Assembly (NCBI GenBank): GCA_016868485.1
Contig: VGGT01000002.1
Span: 1-41,233, forward strand
Direction: 5' to 3'
Length of the DNA: 41,233 nucleotides
Source: Bacteroidota bacterium
GTDB taxonomy: Bacteria > Bacteroidota > Bacteroidia > UBA7662
Numbering within the stretch: the stretch's first letter is position 1; each line of letters starts with the position of its first letter. The translations under genes were made by a program, and so were the position numbers. The notes under the pieces are model-generated. The model did not search any database and was not told the DNA's origin. It saw only the letters and a program-made list of their open reading frames with translations. Positions 17,202-27,300 of this stretch are shown here, one piece after another.

Positions 17202-19784
17202 CTAAAACTGAAGGCTGATGATCAGTTGAAGGTTTCGACCGGGTTCGGGCAACTGAATGAGTCGGTAGCGGCTGAGGTGGTTTAAATAATGGCGGTTGAG
17301 CAGATTCTGGGCTTGAAGCCGCAAAACCCACAAGCGGCCGTTGCCTAGTGGCCGCTGCCAGCCCGCCTGAAGCTGAAGAAGATGATAGCCAGGTGTTGGC
17401 TCCTCATTGCGATCGGTTCGTCTTTGCGCTGCCATCAAAATCCAGTCGATATTGAAAAATCCAGTGGATAATGGACGCGATTGGTCTATTTTCGAATGAG
17501 ATCGGTTCATGACCCGATTCCAGCTGAGCCATAGGCTGCTGGGAGGGCTCCAAGGAAGGGGTACGCTCGTTGTCACATTTTGCATCCAAACATATTCCCC
17601 GACCGCTGTGATTGTGTTCGAACGGCCCATTCGGTAGTCTAGCTGAAGCTCGGCGCCCGAATGGATGACTCGTCCTTGCGAATACTTAAAAATTTGCCCC
17701 CCTTCAGGCAGAAAACTAAAATATCCGGTGGGTCTAAGGTAGATGTAGCGTGAGAAATAATTGAAATAGGTTGAGCCCCTACAAGTCAAGCGACCCGCGT
17801 TCCATGTACCCCCCACATCGAATTGCCACCCCTGCTCGGGGCGCAGGCTGCTGTCGCCCTGCTCATGTCGAAAACTTCCGTGGTGCACACCATTGCTGGC
17901 CAATTCAGGCAGTCCGGGCAAGCGAAAGCTGTTTCCAAAATGCATGTTCAAGGCGTTCCCTCGCACATCAGACCAATTAATTCCTACCGAAGCTGTGGTG
18001 CTCATGTACTGCCTCTGTAATTCCGGTGCGCGCAGTCGATCCACAAATCCACTGTCCGTACGATAACGATCGATGTATGCCTGGCTTCTTTGTCTCGACA
18101 TATCGGTTCTCATGCCGGTGCTCGCCTCCCAGCCCCGCCCAATACGCAGGTTTCGGATCAAGAAAAGCCCATACTGAGCGGCTGAATAGGCTGGGATCAG
18201 GAATTCGTAGCCCCCAATTCGGTTCTGTTGCAGTTGACCACTGCTGCCCATCATCAAACGGCTTTTTCCGTGTCGATGGGGTTGAAATCGGATGTTCCAG
18301 GAGGCCGTTCCGAGCCACATTCCGTGGCTCAGCTGCTGGTTGCTGTCGAGGTATCCCCGTCCGTGGGCATGCGGATTCGACAATTCTCGGCGGTCGTTGT
18401 ACTGTGCCCCAAGATCGACTTCCCAATCGCCTAGAGCACTTTGTATTTCGGTATGCGAACCCAATCGATGGTGCACGATAATTTGCTGCGGGCTTAGTAC
18501 ATCCCCGCGTTTGGGGTTTGGATCGAGTTTGTACTCGAGTGGACGGCCCAAAGCGCCCGGAAAGAAACCTATTTTCTGTCCGAATCGCTTGTAAGTAAAT
18601 TGGGTTCTACCACTTCCGAAGCTTTTTTGAAGCCCCAAGGCCGTATGCACCTCACGTCCTGCTGTATTTTCGAGACGCCTGCCTGGGAGGGGAATGCGAA
18701 ACCGATTGTAGCTGAAGCTGTCGGCCGGAAGGCGATAATCGGAATAGTTGTGGGCCGTAGCGCGTATCGACCAGTTCCAGTTGCGACTTAAGACACCTTG
18801 AAGGGCCAGATGTCCGCCAAAATGATCATTCACACTCCGACCGATCATACTCATGCTGCCTTCCATTTTGTTTAAGGGAGCAATCGGCTTAGAAACGAGT
18901 TGAATAACCCCTGCCACAGCGTCGGATCCATAAAGCAAGCTCGAAGGCCCCTTCACAATGCGCACTTCTTCAATCTGGAAAGGATCCACTTCAAGCCCGT
19001 GATCGATGCCCCATTGTTGTCCTTCTTGCCGAATGTTTCCATCGGTTACGGCCACCCGATTAAAGGACATGCCCCGAATGACGGGTTTGGCGAGTCCAAT
19101 CCCGGTCTGCAATTGTGTGATTCCGGGAAGTCTTTCAAGGGCCTGCATCATCGTAATTCCACCCTGTCGGCGTAAATTCTCGGTACTCATCAGTTCGGTG
19201 GTTTGACCTAATTGCCACGAAAATTGTCCTGCATCCCCTTCAACCAAAACCTCGCCCAATGTTAGGGATGAAGGTTTCAGGATCATCAAGACCGTGTCTG
19301 AAGGCTTAAGCGGCTGTGTGATCGAAAGTCGATGCAGTTCATATCCCAGGTGGCGACCATATAGGTTGATGGGAAGCCGAGGGAAGGGCGAAATCCGAAA
19401 TACGCCATTTTCATCGGTCACTGTCCCCACATCATTGCTGTCCAAATAAATCTCGACAGTCGACAGAGGGTGACCTTTGGGATCCAATACTTTCCCAACG
19501 AGGGTGTCATGCGGCGATTGCCCATAAACCCCATTCGGGAAGAAGACGTACGCTAATGTGAAAACCCATAATGTGTAAAACCTTAATGGATAAATCCATG
19601 ATGGGTAAACCCCAAACGGGCAAACCCCAAACGGGTAAACCCCAAATGGGCAAACCCCAAACGGGCAAACCCCAAACGGGCAAACCCCAAACGGGCAAAC
19701 CCCAAACGGGCAAACCCCAAATGGGTAAGCACACAATTTGTCGACCCAATCACGGCGACTGAAAATACCTTTCACCTGCAACAA
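17202..19784 (-). CDS. TonB-dependent receptor (CarboxypepD_reg + plug + beta-barrel) with a repeat-expanded pre-sequence
   Basis: CarboxypepD_reg-like GKVLDPKGHPLSTVEIYLD...TDENGVFRI. Plug region (...GITMMQALERLPGI......IRGM...RV....DG). A long barrel ending ...LQLIISLQF. No ATG/GTG/TTG lies in frame between the repeat array and the signal-peptide-like segment, so the start at 19784 is the only standard option. Confidence 0.85.
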   Translation of the reverse strand: MLQVKGIFSRRDWVDKLCAYPFGVCPFGVCPFGVCPFGVCPFGVCPFGVYPFGVCPFGVYPSWIYPLRFYTLWVFTLAYVFFPNGVYGQSPHDTLVGKVLDPKGHPLSTVEIYLDSNDVGTVTDENGVFRISPFPRLPINLYGRHLGYELHRLSITQPLKPSDTVLMILKPSSLTLGEVLVEGDAGQFSWQLGQTTELMSTENLRRQGGITMMQALERLPGITQLQTGIGLAKPVIRGMSFNRVAVTDGNIRQEGQQWGIDHGLEVDPFQIEEVRIVKGPSSLLYGSDAVAGVIQLVSKPIAPLNKMEGSMSMIGRSVNDHFGGHLALQGVLSRNWNWSIRATAHNYSDYRLPADSFSYNRFRIPLPGRRLENTAGREVHTALGLQKSFGSGRTQFTYKRFGQKIGFFPGALGRPLEYKLDPNPKRGDVLSPQQIIVHHRLGSHTEIQSALGDWEVDLGAQYNDRRELSNPHAHGRGYLDSNQQLSHGMWLGTASWNIRFQPHRHGKSRLMMGSSGQLQQNRIGGYEFLIPAYSAAQYGLFLIRNLRIGRGWEASTGMRTDMSRQRSQAYIDRYRTDSGFVDRLRAPELQRQYMSTTASVGINWSDVRGNALNMHFGNSFRLPGLPELASNGVHHGSFRHEQGDSSLRPEQGWQFDVGGTWNAGRLTCRGSTYFNYFSRYIYLRPTGYFSFLPEGGQIFKYSQGRVIHSGAELQLDYRMGRSNTITAVGEYVWMQNVTTSVPLPWSPPSSLWLSWNRVMNRSHSKIDQSRPLSTGFFNIDWILMAAQRRTDRNEEPTPGYHLLQLQAGWQRPLGNGRLWVLRLQAQNLLNRHYLNHLSRYRLIQLPEPGRNLQLIISLQF
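19603..19737 (-). repeat. 15-bp x8 (plus one degenerate) tandem repeat; + strand unit GGGYAAACCCCAAAY; encodes (CPFGV)n in the receptor frame
   Basis: Units start at 19603, 19618, ... 19708, each 15 nt and near-identical. A degenerate ninth unit occupies 19723-19737. Confidence 0.92.
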
Positions 19785-19864
19785 AGTTGCAAATGTAAGA
19801 TAAATGAATCGTTCAGTGAATGGATCTGAAGATTAATGAAAAAAAAGCGACCGATTGAAGTAGT

Positions 19865-21139
19865 CTACAAGAGCATCCTGAGCGGCTCCTCCAGTAAATT
19901 CTTGAGCCGTTGCAGAAAGGCAGCACCCGTGGCGCCATCGACCACCCTGTGGTCACAACTCAGCGTAAGTTTCATGCGATGGCCCACAACGATTTCGCCA
20001 TTCCGAACGACAGCTTCCTGACGAATCGCGCCAACCGCTAAAATGCAGGCATCGGGCGGATTGATGATCGCGGTAAATGATTCAATGCCGAACATGCCCA
20101 GGTTAGAAATAGTGAAGGTGTTTCCCTCCCAATCGGGAGCTTGTAGTTTTTTCTGTCGTGCTCGATCAGCGAGCGATGCGGTTTCCTGAGCGATCTGGCT
20201 CAGCGACTTTTGGTTGGCGAAACGCACAACAGGAACCAGTAGGCCATCCTCCACCGCCATAGCCACCCCCAAATGCACATGTTTGTTGTAGCGAATGCTG
20301 TCGCCCTGCCAAGAAGCATTCACAGCCGGGTGGTGGGGCAGTGACATAGCCACAGCCTTCACAACCAGATCATTGAAGGATATCTTAACGCCCGAAACTT
20401 CGTTCAAGCGAGACCTTGATTCAACAGCACGACCCATATCGACCTCCATATTCAGGTAGAAATGAGGAGCTGTGAATTTGCTTTCAGCCAACCGACGTGC
20501 GATGGTTTTGCGCATAGGACTGATCGTCACCATTTCGAACGACTCCTGGCCTTCATAGGTAGTGGATGGGGACGCCAAAGAAGAAACGGCACTTTTTCCT
20601 GATGCGATCGATTCTAAATCGCGGCGTACAATTCGGCCACCATCACCGCTGCCTCGAATGCCCGTTAGGTCGATTCCCCGCTCTTCAGCCATTTTTCGTG
20701 CGAGTGGACTTGCTTTTGTGCGCCCCAAGCTCTGTTCGTCCGTCGGTTGGGCCAAACGGGCATTGTCGAGACTTGGTAAGGCGGCATTCGTCGCAGACAC
20801 GGGCGTTTCGACCACCACGCTGGATGCCTCAGGCCGTATATTTTTCTCGTCGGTGTTCGATCCGGGTCCCGAAGACGCAAGTAGTCCACTAATGTCTTCG
20901 CCTTCTTTACCCACAATGGCGATGATGGCGTCTACAGGAACACTACTGCCTTGAGGAAGGCCGACATGCAGCAAAACCCCATTTACGAAATTTTCCAGTT
21001 CCATGGTCGCCTTATCGGTTTCCACATCAGCCAAAATATCACCAGATCGAACAGGATCGCCCACTTTTTTGTGCCAAACAGCAATGACCCCTTCGGTCAT
21101 GGTGTCGCTCATCTTGGGCATACGCAGTACTTCAGCCAT
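19865..21139 (-). CDS. Dihydrolipoamide acyltransferase (E2 of a pyruvate/2-oxoacid dehydrogenase complex)
   Basis: Lipoyl domain (MPKMSDTMTEGVI..W.KKVGD.V..GD.LA.VETDKA), a peripheral subunit-binding domain (ASPLARKMAEERGIDL) and a catalytic domain with DHRVVDGA. No E1 or E3 genes are adjacent. Confidence 0.9.
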   Translation of the reverse strand: MAEVLRMPKMSDTMTEGVIAVWHKKVGDPVRSGDILADVETDKATMELENFVNGVLLHVGLPQGSSVPVDAIIAIVGKEGEDISGLLASSGPGSNTDEKNIRPEASSVVVETPVSATNAALPSLDNARLAQPTDEQSLGRTKASPLARKMAEERGIDLTGIRGSGDGGRIVRRDLESIASGKSAVSSLASPSTTYEGQESFEMVTISPMRKTIARRLAESKFTAPHFYLNMEVDMGRAVESRSRLNEVSGVKISFNDLVVKAVAMSLPHHPAVNASWQGDSIRYNKHVHLGVAMAVEDGLLVPVVRFANQKSLSQIAQETASLADRARQKKLQAPDWEGNTFTISNLGMFGIESFTAIINPPDACILAVGAIRQEAVVRNGEIVVGHRMKLTLSCDHRVVDGATGAAFLQRLKNLLEEPLRMLL

Positions 21140-21156
21140 AGTCTAAAAATTGGTTG

Positions 21157-21164
21157 CAAAATTA
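21157..21164 (-). promoter_or_regulatory. Candidate -7 box TAATTTTG (minus strand) for the E2 gene
   Basis: Exact TAnnTTTG match 18 nt upstream of ATG 21139. A TTG (in GGTTGGTC) lies about 20 nt further upstream. Confidence 0.45.
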
Positions 21165-21234
21165 CGCGAGATTTTTCCATTGACCAACCACTGATCATTC
21201 AAATCATTTGAGAAAGCGATTTAAGTATATTTGT

Positions 21235-22752
21235 ATGTTTATGCCAACCCAAGCCCCAAAGGAGGTGGATGCCAGCGCAACACCGATTCACGAGAATTTC
21301 CATGCTAAGCCAAAACCGGGGATGGGTCAACGGGTTGATCTACCGAAGCACCTAAACCCAGTGGATAGAAAATTGATCAATCTACTGAAACAAGAATTGG
21401 GTTCAGAATTATTGGTGGAAGGTGATTTAGCGCCATTTGGTCGCGACGAAACCGAGGATCTATTGTTTGTACCCGACCTGGTGGTGCGCCCCCAGCATCC
21501 CGAACAGGTTGCCCAACTGTTGAAGGTGTGCCACCATCATCGAATCGCAGTAACGCCCAGGGGAGCCGGCACGGGTCTCAGCGGTGGTGCCCTCCCCGTT
21601 ACGGGCGGAGTCGCCCTTGATCTGAGTCGGATGAATCGAATATTAAACATCGATACAGACAATATGCAGGTAACCGTCGAACCCGGCTGCATCACCGAAG
21701 AAATCCAAAAAGCCGTAGCGAATCACGGCCTCTACTACCCTCCCGATCCCTCCAGTCGAGGCTCATGTACCATTGGAGGCAATATCGCCCATGGCGCTGG
21801 TGGCCCTCACGCAGTAAAATACGGCACAACGCGCGATTATGTTTTGAACCTGCAAGTTGCTTTAGCTTCAGGAGAACTCATTTGGACAGGCGCCTCAGTT
21901 CTCAAATATGCCACAGGCTACAACCTAACCCAGTTGATGGTGGGTAGTGAGGGCACCCTCGGCGTAGTCACGCGCGCTGTACTTCGGCTCATCCCTCAAC
22001 CCACCCATACCCTGCTCATGCTTCTGCCGTTTCCCAGTTTGGAATCGGCCTGTGCCGCTGTAACAGAGGTTTTCCGCCTCGGAATCACCCCTTCGGCACT
22101 CGAATTCATGGAACGTGATGCACTGGAATTGGTTTCAGCCTACCTAAATCGAGCTATTCATATACCCGATGTGGTTCAAGCCCATTTGTTGATCGAGTTG
22201 GATGGATCGAACATCGACCTGCTTCAGCAAGAGGCCGCCCATATTTTTGATGCCCTACAGCACCGAACGGTGACAGAGATTCTCCTGGCCCAGACCGCTA
22301 GCGAACAACAGCAATTGTGGCAATTGAGGCGACAAGTAGCCCATGCCGTACGGGCGGCCTCAGTCTATAAAGAAGAAGACACAGTGGTGCCACGGGCAGC
22401 ATTGCCGCAACTCATCGCCAAGGTTAAGGAATTGGGGAATGAATTCGGATTCAAAAGCGTATGCTATGGCCATGCAGGTGATGGTAATGTGCATGTAAAC
22501 ATTCTTAAAGGTGAACTAAACGACGAACAATGGAATGGGGTGGTTCAAGAAGGTATCCGTGCGGTGTTTCGGGAAGTGGCAGCACTCGGCGGCACCTTAT
22601 CTGGAGAGCATGGTGTTGGATGGGTTCAACAAACCTATATGCCTGAGGTTGTAGGCGAAACACAGCGGCAACTCATGCGAGGCATCAAAAATATATTCGA
22701 TCCAAGGGGCATACTCAATCCCTGTAAAATTTTCTCTTATGATGCTCATTAG
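21235..22752 (+). CDS. FAD-linked oxidase (GlcD / D-lactate dehydrogenase family)
   Basis: FAD_binding_4 motifs (V.PRGAGTGLSGGA.P, PDP.S....T.GGN.A..AGG) and a C-terminal GG..SGEHG.G / NP.KI tail. Start at ATG 21235 or 21241. A TATATTTG box sits at 21226-21233. Confidence 0.82.
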   Translation: MFMPTQAPKEVDASATPIHENFHAKPKPGMGQRVDLPKHLNPVDRKLINLLKQELGSELLVEGDLAPFGRDETEDLLFVPDLVVRPQHPEQVAQLLKVCHHHRIAVTPRGAGTGLSGGALPVTGGVALDLSRMNRILNIDTDNMQVTVEPGCITEEIQKAVANHGLYYPPDPSSRGSCTIGGNIAHGAGGPHAVKYGTTRDYVLNLQVALASGELIWTGASVLKYATGYNLTQLMVGSEGTLGVVTRAVLRLIPQPTHTLLMLLPFPSLESACAAVTEVFRLGITPSALEFMERDALELVSAYLNRAIHIPDVVQAHLLIELDGSNIDLLQQEAAHIFDALQHRTVTEILLAQTASEQQQLWQLRRQVAHAVRAASVYKEEDTVVPRAALPQLIAKVKELGNEFGFKSVCYGHAGDGNVHVNILKGELNDEQWNGVVQEGIRAVFREVAALGGTLSGEHGVGWVQQTYMPEVVGETQRQLMRGIKNIFDPRGILNPCKIFSYDAH

Positions 22753-23623
22753 GCACATAAAACGTACTAGTTTCTATCGGGGCTTATGGGGCCTGCTTGT
22801 GGTCGGATCAGTGCACGCACAATCAGGAACCCTTCCGCCGCTCCAACGCTCCCCTGCTTTTATGGGCCCCAATGCACTCCCTCTGAGCTGGACACAGGAG
22901 CCCGCACCCCCAAAATATGGTCGGATCGATTGGCTGTGGGAAGTTCACCGGGGTGGGGGCGACCGCACCCATAATCCATTTGTCATGATCCGCGTGCCCT
23001 TTGCACCAGGAAAGGTTGTGATGGACCTAACTTGGCGGCCGGTGGAGTGGTTCAACACCACCAACGAAACCCGAATTCTGAGGGGATCGCGCGATTCAAC
23101 GGGCTTCAATGCCTCCGATCTATGGGTGGCATTCCTGGCCAAAATTCTGGCCGCTGAAGGACGCGGAAAAGGCTGGGATTTATCGCTTCATGTAGCCACA
23201 AAAACCACAGCCGGTAAGAACTTTGAAAGTGCCAGGCACACCAACGCACCGGGCTATTTGTTCGAATTGCAAGGCGGACGTGTTTGGCGTCGTCCGGGTC
23301 GTTTCCCCGACAGAATTTCGGTATTTGCACGCGGAGGATTGTTGGTGTGGCAGGAGTCGCTCTATGCCCAAAATGATGCATTTTCTTGGGGGGTCCGCAG
23401 CCATTTTGGCTACAAAAGTTGGCAATTGGGCGCTGAGTTAACCGGCTATCAAGGATGGATTGGGAATGGGGATAGTCCGGTCGCTGCCCGCATCGACATG
23501 AAATCCCCAGGGCAACGCATGCAAGGAATGATTGGATACCAATATGCGTTTAGTGACTTATCCACCCACCTTTTTCGTGCGGGATTATCTTTCCCGATCC
23601 ATCCGCAGCCCAAATCGAATTGA
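22739..23623 (+). CDS. Hypothetical secreted protein, probably an outer-membrane beta-barrel
   Basis: Signal peptide ...GLLVVGSVHAQ. The C-terminal two thirds show alternating amphipathic strand-like segments ending ...FRAGLSF. I recognise no family. Overlaps the glcD-like stop by 14 nt. Confidence 0.55.
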   Translation: MMLIRHIKRTSFYRGLWGLLVVGSVHAQSGTLPPLQRSPAFMGPNALPLSWTQEPAPPKYGRIDWLWEVHRGGGDRTHNPFVMIRVPFAPGKVVMDLTWRPVEWFNTTNETRILRGSRDSTGFNASDLWVAFLAKILAAEGRGKGWDLSLHVATKTTAGKNFESARHTNAPGYLFELQGGRVWRRPGRFPDRISVFARGGLLVWQESLYAQNDAFSWGVRSHFGYKSWQLGAELTGYQGWIGNGDSPVAARIDMKSPGQRMQGMIGYQYAFSDLSTHLFRAGLSFPIHPQPKSN

Positions 23624-23663
23624 ATATCGTGAACATGATCGTTTACCTGAATAGAACAAACCA

Positions 23664-24332
23664 ATGAGGTGGCAAAAGAAACAAGGGTTGACTTTGGTGA
23701 TCACGGGCCTGCTCATGGGCGCTGCTGTTTATGGCACCGACCAATGGAAAAGCAAGCAGTTGTTGGCTCAGGTGTGCGCAAAGCCCAGAGTAGAACCGGC
23801 AGGAAAGTGGGAGGACTGCTTGTCTCAGGTGAAGTTTTTAAAAAAAGGAACATTAACAGGGGTAGTTCTTATGTGCAGTGATCGAGCCATCAAGCCAGAA
23901 CATATTCTGCCCAGAGATATACCTAAATCCATCAAGGTAATATGCCTCTACCCCGACTCTTTATCCATTCAGGCGATGGATCAATACAGCACCCAACAAC
24001 GCGCGTCATGGCCAACCGAGTGGCACAGACAACATCAATTGTATCAAAAATTAGAACGACAACGCTTGTCGATCGCGCTCAACGGCAGTGGTGAACAGAG
24101 AACTAGGGATGTGCACGCGGCACTTCTTCCGTTGGATATACTCACACAAATGCGAACCCAGGCTTATCGCAATTCGGTCGCAGGATTACTATTGGGTGAA
24201 TTCACGCGGCAGTGTATCGGTCAAGAGGAATCGCGCTGGTTATTGATATACGATGGCCTGTTGCATCAGGAAATCAAAGACAAATTCACCAAAAATCCCA
24301 GAATCCACTATGAAGAATGGGGTGATGAGTAG
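23664..24332 (+). CDS. Hypothetical protein with a single N-terminal transmembrane anchor
   Basis: 222 aa. TM segment LTLVITGLLMGAAVYG. No recognisable domain. Coding status rests on ORF length and fit between neighbouring genes. Confidence 0.5.
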   Translation: MRWQKKQGLTLVITGLLMGAAVYGTDQWKSKQLLAQVCAKPRVEPAGKWEDCLSQVKFLKKGTLTGVVLMCSDRAIKPEHILPRDIPKSIKVICLYPDSLSIQAMDQYSTQQRASWPTEWHRQHQLYQKLERQRLSIALNGSGEQRTRDVHAALLPLDILTQMRTQAYRNSVAGLLLGEFTRQCIGQEESRWLLIYDGLLHQEIKDKFTKNPRIHYEEWGDE

Positions 24333-27300
24333 ATTAAACTGCTGCTTTGTGTTCATCATTCTGTTGAACAGTTTTGCCACGGCCCAGAATAATGAAGGGT
24401 GGATGATTCCCAACGGTGGACAATGGCCAGCCCAAGTATTGGCCCATACCGACTTGCCCGGGATGCGCATTTTTGTAGAACGCGATCGCCTCACTTGGGT
24501 GCATACAGACCGAAATGCTCTGGCTGAGGCCCATGCCCATCCAGGAGCAGGGGTTAGCCTGAAAGCCCATGCTTGGCAGAGTATTTTTGTAGGCAGCAGC
24601 TTTAGCGGCCATCCAACCTTTACGGACGCAGGTACGCATACGGTCAGTTATTTTTTAGGGAACGATTCCAATCGGTGGGCAGGTGGACTCACTCCAACGC
24701 GTGGAATGATCTTAACCGATTTTTATCCGGGAATCGACCTAATTATTCAGACCAAAGGCGGTTTTAAGTATGAGTTTAGACTGCAACAAGGTGCGCGCAT
24801 CGATCAAATTCAATGTAGGGTGGAGGGGGTCGAATGGTCTTTGAAGGAAAGAAAAAGGATCAATTACCGATCCAAAATTCACTCCATCACCGAAGAAGCA
24901 CCAAGGGCTTGGTCCATTTCTGACACGGGCCACGAGCAAGATGTTCCGATGACATTGAAACGCAGGGCATCAACCTGGGGTTTTGAAGTAGGTCATTGGC
25001 CGGCGAACAGTGTTCTGGTGCTCGATCCAGTGCTGGTTGGAAGTACGTACACGGGATCATCGGCCGATAATTGGGGTTTTTCGGCGACATACGCCTCAGA
25101 TGGTTCAATTTTCTTAGGGGGAATCGTTTTTGATGTAGGTTACCCCACCAGTATTGGGGCCTACGACATCAGCTTCAATGGAGGTACGGATATGGTAGTC
25201 AGTAAATATACCCCCGACGCCACGACCTTAATCTACAGCACCCACTTAGGTGGCGCATCGGGCGACACCTTGCTCAGTCTCGTTTCGGATGCCCAAAATC
25301 GTTTATATGTCTTGGGAAAAAGCTTGTCTACCAACTACCCAGCCTTTGGATTTGATCCCTCGCACAACGGAGGAATGGACTATGTGGTGTCGCGCCTCAA
25401 CCCAACCGGTACGCAACTGCTGTCGTCGACCTACCTAGGCGGAAATGGAATGGATGGAGAGAACTTCGGAAGTGCCCAAATGCAAAACTTGAACGCGTTG
25501 TGGTTTAACTACGGCGACAACAACCGCGGCGAGATCACCCTCGACCCTGCAGGTCGGGTCTTGATTGTAGGAAATACGACCTCCACGAATTTTCCGACCA
25601 GCGGCCTTTCGGCCCACCAGCAAGCCATGGCAGGCGTGCAGGATGGGGTTTTGGTAAAATTATCTGCGAATCTCGACAGCCTCATCTACGGCACCTACTT
25701 AGGGGGCGACCAACAAGACGCCATCTATGGCATCCGTGCCATGGGCGTCGACACAGTCTACATAACGGGCAGCACATTCAGCAGTAATTTCCCAATTTCA
25801 TTATCCATGGGCGGCTACATTCCTCAATACCAGGGTGGAGGCGACGGGTTCCTAATGGCCATACGCACCACTGGCGGCCCACCAATATTTGGAACCTTTC
25901 TAGGCAACTCAACCTACCAGCAAGCCTATTTGCTCGATCGAGATGCAGAAGGTAGGGTATACGTTACGGGGATTAGTACATCTGCACTGCCCATTACACC
26001 CAGCGGAATCTATAATAATCCTGGTGGAAAGCACTTCATTCAGGTGTTCAGCTCAGATCTGGATAGTTTGCTTCGGGGCACCATGATTGGAGCGAATTCC
26101 GCGGGCCCCAATTTTTCGCCAACAGCATTTATGGTCGATGTATGTGGTAAGGTGTATCTGACCGGGTGGGGAGGTTCAGTGAATACGGCCAGAAACATTC
26201 ATGTTTCGTCTATGGTGGGCCTACCCGTCACCGCTCAACGGCTACAGGCCAACACCGACCACCATGATATGTATGTTATGGTTCTTGAATCCAATCTCGA
26301 TTCTTTGTTATATGGTTCATTTTTTGGGGGGGGACTTTCGCGGGAGCATGTCGATGGGGGAACCTGTCGATTTTCGCGCGATGGAGTGATTTACCATGCC
26401 GTTTGTGCGGGATGCGGGGGAGGAAACGACGATTTTCCCACCACAACGGGTGCCTGGTCAGCCACCAATAATTCGTTGAATTGCAATGCGGCTGTCTTTA
26501 AAATTGATCTTCAGTATGTTCAGCCGGTAGCGGGTTTTGCCACCCAATACCCAGACACTTTTGTCTGTATGGGCATACCAGTCCAGTTTTTTTCGACAGG
26601 AACATTGAGTGGTACATTCCTTTGGGACTTTGGGGTTCCGGGTGCACAATCAACACAGCCCAATCCCACCTACTCCTTTCCGGCGCCAGGTACGTATAGG
26701 GTTACCCAACGCATCAGCAGTTGTGTAGGCACAGACACTGTCGGACGCAACATCATCGTGAAACCAGTTCCGACGCTACTGATGCAACAGGTTCCTGCTG
26801 TTTGTCTGGGTGATTCAGCGACCCTCACTGCCTCAGGCGCTCGGGTCTACGAATGGGATTCCCTCTATTCGGGTGGCGGAAACCGGTCATCCAGCATTCG
26901 GGTTGCTCCTCCAGCCAGCCGGTGGTATCGGGTGGTGGCCTCCGATTCGCTCGGATGCCCAGTGACCGACAGTGTTTGGGTACGTGTTAACATCCCCAGA
27001 AGGGTGTTTTCGGGCGCGATTTATCGCTATTGTTTAGGAGATACCGCACGAATTAGTGTACCCGCTGCAGGCTATTCGAGCGTGCAGTGGATTTCAGATC
27101 CAGAGATAACCTCCACTACTGCTTTTAACCAGAAATTCGCTTCAATGCAAGCCCGTTGGGTATATCTGGAGCTAACCGACACCGCGGGATGTACGATTCG
27201 TGATAGTCTGCGCTTGATCCCATTTATCTCTCTTTCGGTAGATGCCGGACCGAACCGAACCATTTGTTCCCCAACGCAACTAACATTTGTGGCTCAAGCG

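Noticed and set aside
17977-18594. A cluster of 100-151-aa ORFs on both strands inside the TonB receptor gene.
   Set aside because: They overlap one another and the receptor barrel-coding frame, and they are Arg/Pro/Ser-rich as is typical of off-frame translation.
19507-19762. ORFs encoding (GLPVW)n on the minus strand and (GKPQT)n on the plus strand.
   Set aside because: They are alternative-frame readings of the 15-bp array. Only the CPFGV frame continues into the CarboxypepD_reg/plug/barrel receptor.
20562-20954. 130-aa and 108-aa plus-strand ORFs antisense to the E2 acyltransferase linker region.
   Set aside because: They lie opposite the Ala/Pro/Ser-rich linker-coding part of a well-supported gene. 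The open frames are explained by the biased composition of that region.
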